Shown: positions 38,190 to 48,157 of the stretch, in pieces
Numbering within the stretch: the first letter of the stretch is position 1
Layout: each line of letters begins with the position of its first letter
Source: Oikopleura dioica
Taxonomy: Eukaryota > Animalia > Chordata
NCBI GenBank assembly: GCA_907165135.1
Contig: OU015569.1
Coordinates: forward strand, 5,828,001 to 5,892,000
Direction: 5' to 3'
Length of the DNA: 64,000 nucleotides
Translations under genes and position numbers: made by a program
The notes under the pieces: generated by a model
The model's database searches: none
Seen by the model: only the letters and a program-made list of their open reading frames with translations
What the model was told of the DNA's origin: nothing

Positions 38190-40405
38190 ATGGCGTTGAA
38201 AGAACTCAAGTCCAATGATTTAGCTTTTTCCTTTGACGAAGATCAAGCCGTTACCCAACGTATCGAGGATATTGTTCGAAACGTCAAGGAGGACAATCTG
38301 AATGAGCACACGTTGTCTGAAAATGAGTTGAAAAATATCTTTCACTCCCCAAGCATCGTAAGTGTTTTTCGATGGCTTCCGACTAAATTTCCTTTTAGGA
38401 AAAGTCTTCAAAGTTCATTCTCCTAAAGAAGTTGCTAGCGATGCTCACAGACTTTTCGAAAGTGTCCAAATTGTCACTCGAAGAACGCGCCAAATGCCAT
38501 GTGAACCATGACGCTGTCGTTTTGGAATTGCAAGAGATGCTCCCGAATCAGAGCTTGATTCAGATTTATTTCCTTCGCCAGAACTTCGATCCAGCTCGCG
38601 AATTGATGGAAATGCTTTGTAGAAGAATGAAATGCAGCGATGAGTTGATCATGTTCGCGGAAAACATTCGCGATTGTGTTCCCGCACTGATGATCCTCGG
38701 CCTCGAAAATATCATCTACAAACGAGTCTTTGACACGCTATGCGACGCATTAATCGAGAAGAGGAAGCTCTTCTTCAAACGAAAGTCGCTCGATATTGAG
38801 GAAAAGAAGTGTAGAGATAGCGCTGAGTCTTTCAAAAATGTGTACGAATTGGCAAAGTTTTTGGTATTTTTCGTGGAATACGTTCTGCCTATCCCACACG
38901 ACCGACTGGAGTATATCCAGAAGATCTTGAACCAGGTTTGTTGTCTGTACTCTTCTATGTCTTCAAGAAGTTTTTAAAGAAATACTTCATACCCGCGATT
39001 CCCGATCAGCCGAGAGAAGGTGGAGAGTTGGAGAGAATCATCAAAGTACTGCTAGATGGCGCGTCAAAGTTCAAGTCCGATTTGCCCATCATTTCTCTCT
39101 TCGCGGAACGGCTTCCAAAGATGATCGACTGCTCGGAGAAGACGAAAGTAATCGAGCAAATGCGCCTTATCTTGTCAGAAGAGTCGCTCCTCGTTGGGCA
39201 CCCTGATCAAAGCTCCGATGAAATCTGTGAAGCAGGGGAAGAAATGGGCGTAAAACGCGTACCCATTATTATCTCGGAAAAATGCTCCGCTGCCTGGAAG
39301 TTTATAATGGTTCGTTCAGAGAAACGGGAAACTCAGTTCCTATCAATATTTAGGAAAACAGACGATATGGAATAACACTAGTGCAGCTTTGCGCCTGTAA
39401 TCTGCAAAAGAATCGTAACGTGCGAGATCTCCATTATTGCTCAGTGATTTACAACGACTGTAAATGGCTCAACGAGTGCTTGGATCATTTGACCTCCAGA
39501 GTCAATTATGATAAATCGGAGTTAATAAAAATCCCAGCTATTTGGTAAGTTGCTTCGCCTCCGTCTGAATTACGTAAGAACAAATTCAGCGCTCTGCTTG
39601 ACGCCCAAATGGAACGCATCTGGGAAGAAAAGACAGACGAGATGAAATTGTTCCACGAAAAGATCATCGCCGAGAAATGCAACAGCCTCGACGAGATCGA
39701 CTATCAAGACGTTGAAAGCGATATCAGAAATTGCTTCTCGGAATTCGTGATGCGCATGGAGGAAGACAGAAGTCTCATGTGTCGATATATTGAAGCGCCA
39801 GTAGGAAGGGGTTAAAAGAACTTTTGATTTAAAATAGTGAAACCACCATATCGACCTCGAAATCAGTTGACACCATTCTATCGAAGGTGATTCTGCATGT
39901 TCTGGAGCAGCTGGAATGCAAGATATTCCTTCTCGAGCGAATCGAAGCTTGTCATATCAAGCCATTGTTGTCCATCATTCAACGATTATCCAAGTTTGAT
40001 TGCTTTGAAAGTAAGCCATTGCCTTTAGTAAAATGTGACTGATAAAAATTACGAAATTAAAATGAGGAAAGAAATATGAAATAGGATTTCTCAAGCGTTT
40101 CGTGAAAATTGAATTCCATTGAATGAGAATATAAACGACTAAGCTAATATATCGGTCTCTTACATGTGAATATTCCCACGCGGTTTTATCGCCGCTGAGA
40201 AAATAAGAAATGTCTTGCCGCATGAATAAATGGTTTAGGTTCCAAGCTGGCGAGCATCAAACGAATGCTCGAATCGAGCCTCAATGACTTTGCCGTTCTC
40301 TGGCAGGAAAAGAAGCTTCTCCTCTCTGAGCAAGAACTGCGTTCTCTCGCTCAAGCGCTCTTCGGCGAAGAAGGAAAGGCCAAAAGCGCCTCTCTCTTTC
40401 ACTGA
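38190..40405 (+). CDS. ZW10: ZW10 (RZZ/NRZ complex), divergent
   Basis: IISEKCSAAW, VIYNDCKWL, LLDAQM, and C-terminal MLESSLNDFAVLWQE...EQELRSLAQALF, collinear with the ZW10 C-terminus (MLQASLQEIGDRW...SEVKALIRALF). Confidence 0.65.
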
Positions 40406-40534
40406 TTATTTATTCTTAGTTCACTAGTTCACACTTACTCACACTTTTACCATTCCTGAATACTCGCGACTTCCTTGACACAGCCAAAATTAGTAAAAAT
40501 AAAGCCGCCAAAAAGAACACCGTCGAGTTGTAAA

Positions 40535-40624
40535 ACAGAACTTGTCGAAGAGTTGAAAACCTTGCGGGTGTTCGTGCTCGTCCTAGTCCCCTGCAAGGTT
40601 TAACAGTTCTTCAATAAGTTCTGT
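40535..40624 (+). ncRNA. Candidate pre-miRNA-like hairpin
   Basis: ACAGAACTTGTCGAAGAGTTGAAAACCTTGCGGG pairs with CCCTGCAAGGTTTAACAGTTCTTCAATAAGTTCTGT; several mismatches are G-U on the plus strand. Confidence 0.4.
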
Positions 40625-41129
40625 CTAATTCTTTCTTTCTTTTTCGTCGTTTTTTCGTATAAGCAGCAAGTTGATCTGAAGTCTCGAGGTGAAATTCCGC
40701 CTGGGGGAAATACTACTCTTCTCGTAGGGGTGCTCTACCCCAACCGTCTCGCCGCCAAAAGTGAAAAATCTGATTGGCCCAGTGGCGCTACACCGACGTG
40801 TTTCTCTTAGTAAAAGAGGGGTCTACAAAAGCCTCTCAAAACCACTTTTCACAATAGAACCTTTCAGGTCTCACGGCGATCAAGAACGGCGCCCGAGGCG
40901 AGTAGTAGCATACCAATCCTCCTGCGCAATCCTATCATCGTAAACAGCAAACGCCAGCCGACGGAAATCCAGAATCCCAAATGAAATCGACTACAGAGAC
41001 GTGGAACCTGCTTGAAGTGATGTTTCTGATAGATAATATTGACATAGTCGATCGAACAGTTTCCAAGGCGATTGAGCAGGACAGAGCAGGATTTTAAAGA
41101 ATAAAGGAATGGATCGATTTTGTGCGAGG

Positions 41130-41460
41130 CGAGTGCGCGCTCCTCCCTCTGGAATTCGACTTTGCTCTTTTTATTCGTAAGAAAAACGCTTCTCGAAGAA
41201 AAAAGTCGCTGAGTGAGCAGAGTAGCGCGCAGGCGCTACCTGTCCAATGGGCGGAATGACTTGGCCTACGCGTGTTCACGGACGACGAGGCAAACTTCTA
41301 CTCTCGGGGGCTCTCTCACTCACTCTCTCTCCCTCTCTCTGGGGCTATCTCAGCCAATCTAACCATACAAAAACGCGCTCTGTTAGAACTCACGCGCGCG
41401 TTCTTAAAAATACAAAAACTATTTAAACTCCTCTTCCGAAGGTGCAAAACAGAACGAAAA
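41130..41460 (+). promoter_or_regulatory. Probable FoxO promoter region
   Basis: CCAAT boxes (about 41244 and 41354), GGGCGG, CG-rich motifs, a CT-rich tract and TATTTAAA at about 41420, upstream of the first FoxO coding exon. Confidence 0.4.
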
Positions 41461-41815
41461 CTGAATCAAAGATAATCAGAATACTGGAGTAGAAGGGTGA
41501 ATACTCGAAAGTGTAACCGAAGAAGCGCACCTTAGACCAGAAGTAAGAGCAAGCTTGAAGCAAAGTAAAAATAGAAATCGGAATTGGGACTGTCCGACGA
41601 AGATCGCGGCTGCGGCGCTGCTCGGAGCTCGATTTGAGCTCGACCAGTTCGAGTCAAATCGCCAAAAGATAGATCTGCGACACTGGCCAAGACCATCCAA
41701 CAGACAGAGACGACTTTTCTTTGCGACGGACTACTCTCTCCCGCTAGCAACTCACCTCTCTCTCCGCATCTCGGAGTCAGAACAGAAGCAGCAGCCGGAA
41801 AATTAACCTCAATTC

Positions 41816-41856
41816 GCAGATTCGAGAAATCAGCAGATTCTGAGAAATCAGCAGAG
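41816..41856. repeat. Short tandem repeat, about 2.5 copies of a 17-18 nt unit
   Basis: GCAGATTCGAGAAATCA GCAGATTCTGAGAAATCA GCAGAG. Confidence 0.7.
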
Positions 41857-42314
41857 AGATGAACATAGCCACACACCCGAAGCGACCTAAGGAAAGTTTA
41901 CCAATACCGCTTAAAACGACATTTTTTCTCTTATTTTTTAGTCTCTTCAAAACTTATTTTGCTGCTAGTTATTTCAGAAAATCTTTCATTAACTCAATTG
42001 AACCCAGCTTTCGATAATAAGCCAGTGATGGATTTCGATAGCTTGAAAATCGTAGTAGCGCTTCTCTGTCTACGATGAGTACTTAAGCTTGCTTACTCAT
42101 CCGAGCAGCGAGAAATTTGTAAAGAAACGCAACGAGATAAAGAAACGATCGGGTTTCGTTTCCTTCCCGTCCTCCAGTTGTCAGTTTTAGCCATTTCGAA
42201 AATTTCTCTTTTCGAATCGGTAAAATGCGAAGCTGTAAGTCTCTTAATCTAAACTCAATTTGGTAAAATGGAGCCAGTAACTGCTCTTTCTCGGTTTCCT
42301 GTTCTGATCTTTAG

Positions 42315-45300
42315 ATGGATGGCTCATCAATGGACACAGATGATCACCAATCCGACTTTTTCGTCAATCACAGGTAAGCGCAGGTTAAGTGAGGGCAGAC
42401 AGTGGGAAAAACAACTCGGAGGCATGTCCTTCTTTTCTTTCTCCGGACAAAAAGTATGATCATTTTAAGAGTAACCGCCATCAAGGAAGAAGAGGCCGCC
42501 GACAACCGCCCCAAGGCGCGTTTTCGATAATTTAACAACTTGATAATTATGGGAAGATTTATTGTAAACTCGAATAAAGCAGCAAAGAAAGAGATGCGAC
42601 ACTTGGCACGGTGGTAATTCCGGCGGCGAAGGGCAAGAAAGACCGCTGCTGGACCCGTCGATTTCGGAGGGACTCAACACCAAACGCAAGTTCGCCAGGT
42701 GAGACCGATTCAATGCTCGCCCGTCATTTGGACACGAAGTTGCACTAAAGAAAAAGAAAACGCATTCAGCTCTCAAGGCAGGGTACTCACCCAAGGCGCA
42801 GCAATAGCAGCAAAATCCGACTAGAATATCTCGGCAGACGTTTCCGTGGAGATCGAACATTTCACGCACTTTGAGACGAGTAACCGCAAGTTCGCTTTTT
42901 TGAGAATGATAAAAGAAAGATCGCAGCATTCTTAGAGCACGAACAGGTAACTTTCTTTTCGCCACTGATCCTGCAGAGCCAGCACGGGAGCAGAGCTCGA
43001 ACACAAGCCATTCCTTTGCTTAAAATTGAATTAGTATACAGATTATGTTCGTCGCATCCCGATGGACGGGACGGGGACAGTTGTAAATAAGAATGTCTGA
43101 TAGACAGTCTCAAGATAATGCGACAACAAACGAATTCGAACTTGTGATACGCCGCATTAAAATTTACACGATGTCTGTTGTTACCTCTCGTGAACTCCTT
43201 TTTCCGTGTCTTTTTCGAGAATTTTAAACTGAGCTTTACTTTTTGCTGAGTCGGGCAGATTAAAGTTCAACTATTGAATTTCGTTATTTTGGGAGAATCA
43301 CCGGTGCGCGCTGTTTTTCAGTCGGTTAGACTGCTGCCGACAATCACAAAAACAGGCAGCTAGGTGAAAATGACACGATCCTAGCATATTCTTTACGTCT
43401 CGCAGTGCAAATGATGGGCAGCACAGGGCCTTAAATACTTAACCCTATGCGTGACGCGGATGCACTCAGTGCATCCGCTCATGGTTTTGTCCATTTCTCC
43501 CTCAATTTTCACCCGAATTCAAAAATTTAAAAAGAATAAGAATCTACGTCCAAAAGCACAGCCAATCTGCTCCGTAACATTTTGAAAACAAATTTTGTAA
43601 TAACCTAAAAACGTAAAAAATAACGAAAATTTACTATTTTTCGTCTCGAGAACAGCTATTTTGATGCATGTTATGTAACTTCGAGCCCGTTTCGCCGCCG
43701 AAGAAGGGGGTATTTCGGTCTCTGAGACACTGACAACAGCGAATTCAGGCTGTTTTTCTTCTAAAATTGGCAAAAAAGAGCAAAATATTGTTCTAGATGG
43801 GTCGGATGCACTGAATGCATCCGCGTCACGCATAGGGGTAGTTCTGATCGTCACGCATAGGGTTAAGATTTGTAAAATTTCGAAGGACGCACCATGTAGC
43901 ACCAGAAAGTTGACGTGCCCCAATCGCACAGCTCATGAGTCCAGTGGGGTGCTTCGCCGTGATAGCTGGACTTACTCGCCAGGTTCACATTGACAGTTAT
44001 TTTTTTAAGGGTGCCACTTTTGCTGTTAAAAAAAGAGGTACTTCCCGATCTCGAACGGGGTTGAATGAGGTCTTGGGTGAAAGAGCACCCTTTGAACTGT
44101 ACACAAAAATTCTAAAAATAAAATTTTAGCCATAACTTTAGCCATAAATCAACTGTAAAAATGCATTAAATTCCATTGTTTTCGGAAATGGCGCGCGCTG
44201 ATTGGCTAAGGCGCGGTATTGTTCAAATGGAGCGCCACCCTAAACTCGACTTGTCGACGAAAAAATCGATATTCTAGCGCTTCTGGAGGTTGGATTTTTC
44301 TGGTCACAATTTTTGTGTACAGTTCGATAAATTCCGCTTCGAACAAGACCTCAACCATCCCTTAACCATAACGGGAAGTACTTTTTTTTTGGACAGGAAA
44401 AGTGGCCCCCTTAAAAAAAAAACTGTCATTGTGGCGAGTCGCAAAACGCCGTCCCTTATTGTCGGCTAGACACCTCTAGGATGAATTCTATGAGAAATGC
44501 TCTCTTGAATTTTTTTAAACTTCTCGTCGTTATGTTATTTTTTAATTATCGTTAATAATTCTAGAATTTGAATCACATAGAAGTCGAATGAAATTCTTCT
44601 GATGAAAATTTTAGTTTAAAAAAATACGTAGATTATCAAAATAAGATGCATACAAAGCTTAAAATCGACAATTTACATAGGTATCTCTAGAAAGACGAAT
44701 ATCGTTAGGTTAATTTAACCGTCCCGAGAATTTTCTCTTCTCAAATTCATCGTCACTGTTCCCCCGGTGATTTTCTTCATCTGCATTTATGATCGCCACC
44801 GTGGAAGATACAATCCTACGTACTCGTTAACATTCTGCTACATTCTACCTGTTCGTTCTCATAGAACTGTAGTCAACCTGGGCGCTGGCTGGTTCAGACA
44901 AACGACAGAACCGCCAATATTATTGTTCATTGCGTTCATCTCGAAAAGGACTCTGATCTAGGCATCTCTGGCATGCTCCTGCTGATTTTATTTGCATTTA
45001 TCGCGATCTTATCAGATTTCTATAATTTATCCTGCAGTCGAGCAATTCTCATATTCTCTGCCATCATCATCTTCCCATGGACCTATTTCTCTACTTCTTC
45101 TTAATTTTCATTTTTCAGGAAAAACCCTTGGGGCTACTGTAGCTATGCTGATCTTATTACGATGGCCCTCGAGCGTGCCCCTGATCGCCAACTCACTGTA
45201 AGTATGAAACGCGGGGTCGTTTCTAGAGCATGTTTACCCCCAGTTACAGAAGTCGCTTGCTTAATCAATTTCAAGACCCCTTGAAATGAGGAGGTTCAAA

Positions 45301-46999
45301 GAGATCCCAGATGCTCTCGAAAGAAAAGCTATGGTTGCCATAATCAATAGATTCCAAGAAATTCCTTTAGACTTGCCAAAGACTTTTGGAAGACCAGAAA
45401 TCTATGATATAAATACCCATGAGTTTTTTATCATTCTGGAGCCTTTGGATGCATTCAGCCTTTTTTCCGTTTACCAAAGAAAGGCATATGAACTTAGGCA
45501 TTCTGTGTGGGTTAGTTCTTATTTTTTCCAATTTACTATCGCTTATTTCATCGTATTCAAACTTAAATTTGTTGATTTTGATATACTTTTGTAGCTATCC
45601 GAAATCTACGACTGGATCGTTGCGAATATTCCATATTTTTACGACAAGGGGGATGCAAACAGCTCGATCGGTTGGAAAAACTCAATCCGGCACAACCTGA
45701 GTCTGCACGAGAAGTTCACCCGTGTACCTCAAGGAAACACCTCCACTTCTTCAAGGGTATATCAGATTACGGTGCAACTTAAACTCAAGCGCGCTCATTC
45801 AGAATTTCAAAAACATCGGCGCGTACTGGACCCTAGTGGATGAAAATGAATCCAACGACACAGCAAAGATCTCAATGTCACCGCCGCCGATTTCAACGCA
45901 GAGCCCCCGGCGAATTTCCGAAAAAGATCATCTACCATGCCGACAAATATGAACCACCATCGCTCCAAGTCATCCAGAATTACCAACCGCGACAAGGTTT
46001 GAGTTTTCATTTTTGATATAGAGTTGTCTTTTGACTCGTGACACTCGACAAAGAGAAAAGAATGCTGAGTTCGCGCATTTCAATGACGAGCTTTTGATCT
46101 TACGCCTTTTCGGATACTTAACATTTTACACTAGCGGCCAGGGTTACCCGCGTTTGATTTACAATCGATGGAAGGCGATTCTGGCATCGAGCGGCTATCG
46201 AGGCATTCTTCCGTCTCCTCGCTTCATGTGACTGACGACTTTCAGAGAATCAACTTGGACTCCTTTTCGACGTAAGCAGATTACCGTTTGCCTAGTTTGT
46301 GATCATTTAGTGCTGCCAACGCAGCCATTAAAACCGAGGAGAGAGACGATGTGTCTCCAGTCGCGAGCAGAATGAATCAAAACCAGCGAAACTCCGTCCT
46401 CGTCGAAGTTCGTCTTACTGCTGAGCAGTACGACATGGTCAAGTCGGGTAAGTATATCGTTTCCCTTGTGGAGAAAGATCAAGTTATCGCCGCCCCAGTC
46501 ACCGGCCCGGTAAAACTTCCATACTGGAAGACATCTCACAACAAAGAGGTAGACATGTTTTATCTAATAAATGGATAAATATTGTTTTCTAGGCGTCTAA
46601 TTCAGCTTTTCCTGAAAAGAGTGAATTTCAATCTGAAATCAACCCACCTTCCTATTCTCCACCTTCTCACACATTTGTTGACACTCGAACCCAGGTATAA
46701 AATGATCCGAAAGTTTTCGTTTCTAAACAAAATCTCTCCAGAAAAGCGAGCAACGATCGCCATTTTCTCAAACATCGTCGAAAATGCTACCAGCTCCTCT
46801 TGGAAGGACCATCTCGCAGCCTTCAGTCGCCCAGGCAAATAACTCAGGAAACGAACTGACGTTCATGAATTCGATCCCTCTCAACGATCAGATTTTCGGT
46901 GCACTCACGGATCTACATGACTATGATCTGGCCGAGGAAAGGGTTACATGATAACTTTTCGATTAGAATTCAGTATTTATGTAGATATCAAGACTTTAA
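42315..46999 (+). CDS. FOXO: Forkhead box O transcription factor
   Basis: Phase-consistent exons give RKRCDTW (Akt site 1), [72 protein letters not shown] (Akt site 2) and a C-terminal transactivation-like region. One frame discontinuity lies near 45865 and the last exon is uncertain. Confidence 0.9.
43443..43862. mobile_element. Non-autonomous piggyBac-like element (420 bp) in a FoxO intron
   Basis: TTAA|CCCTATGCGTGACG ... CGTCACGCATAGGG|TTAA: TTAA target duplication, CCC/GGG termini and subterminal repeats. Confidence 0.9.
43986..44433. mobile_element. Long-TIR MITE in a FoxO intron
   Basis: About 130-bp imperfect inverted repeats (CACATTGACAGTTATTTTTTTAAGGGTGCCACTTTT / AAAAGTGGCCCCCTTAAAAAAAAAACTGTCATTGTG; GAACTGTACACAAAAATT / AATTTTTGTGTACAGTTC). 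No clear TSD. Confidence 0.8.
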
Positions 47000-47131
47000 C
47001 CCTCTTTTAAAGCTATTGGAGCACAACTAAATCTCTTGGCTCACCATATCTTTTACATTGGAATTCAACTCTTGCGGCTCACCGTAGTTCATCAAAGTCC
47101 GCAATAATTCACTTTGTTTGTCTTCATACCA

Positions 47132-47791
47132 CTAAATATGAAATTTCATCTTTTTTTCGGACATAGTTTTTGTACGGTTGCTTTTGTTTCCCCCGTGTAA
47201 AATATAACCATGGTTGTTTTCTACAATTTCGCATTCACGTATTCTCCACGTATATTCTTTCCTATTCTTCCAGACCATGTTCAACGTCTTATTTATTCGC
47301 ATATTTTTTCTCAACGCTGTCGAAAAGTTTATGTTACCGGTACATAAAGCCACTCATCTTAAAAAGATGAATTGACGGAAACTCACTTGTGAAACACTTT
47401 TATTCTTATTTGCCCGAAAATTTCAAACTTGCTAAGTTTATTCAAAATTGCATTCGAGTCATTATTGGTCTTGGTCTGCCTTTCCACCGCTATTTTGAGC
47501 TAGCACATCAGATAGTCTTACTTCATCAAAACACACGTATGACCCTGAACTCCCGAGCGAAAATAGTAAATTGAAGGTACCTTTCTCGCTCAGGTCGTTG
47601 ATTTGCGAAACCAAGAATCTTTTGCCCCGTCTTATTTTTCTGTCGATCATCTCACAAATTAAGAGCCTGCTTGCAATTAGATCAGAGCCAGTTCTCCAAG
47701 AACGGTTCTCTTTTAGTTCTGCATCTCGCTCTATCACCTCAATACTCAAGAATTTCTTAGTTTTTCTTCGGTACTGATTCGCCCCATCCAC
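47132..47791 (-). CDS. Hypothetical protein (uncertain)
   Basis: Two adjacent minus-strand ORFs (109 and 73 aa) with protein-like composition between the SCO-spondin stop and the FoxO 3' end; no family recognised. Confidence 0.3.
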
Positions 47792-48157
47792 AGATTAAAC
47801 TGGCTTAAGCAAAACGTAATGCACTTCACAAAAATCCATATTCTCTTCAGCCAGTTTTCTGTCAAAAAGTAACATTTTTGAGCAGCCTTCCTATTTCTAT
47901 TCAATTCTCATTCTTTAGAAGTTCAACTGTTTCATATTCAGCCTAACTGTTCCACGCTGTTTATTTTCTTACCGAACTTGAGAACAATTCTAATTGATTG
48001 TTTTGTTTCCAACTAAATTTCAATAAAGTATTCGATGAAATTCTAGCTCCACAAGAGAGATTTCAAATTGCTTCGTGAAATTCATGATTTGAGATTTCGG
48101 CTGTATTAACATAAATTTATTTGTTAAAAAAGAAAGTAAATAGAAATATCAGCATCC

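Noticed and set aside
39975-40223. 82-aa antisense ORF in a ZW10 intron
   Set aside because: AT-rich, no splice or homology support; likely chance.
41476-41876. Overlapping ORFs upstream of FoxO as a separate gene or LTR
   Set aside because: No domain, no paired LTR, PBS or PPT seen; better explained as promoter and 5' leader.
42465-43004. 179-aa minus-strand ORF
   Set aside because: Antisense to FoxO exons 2-3, which explain the sequence.
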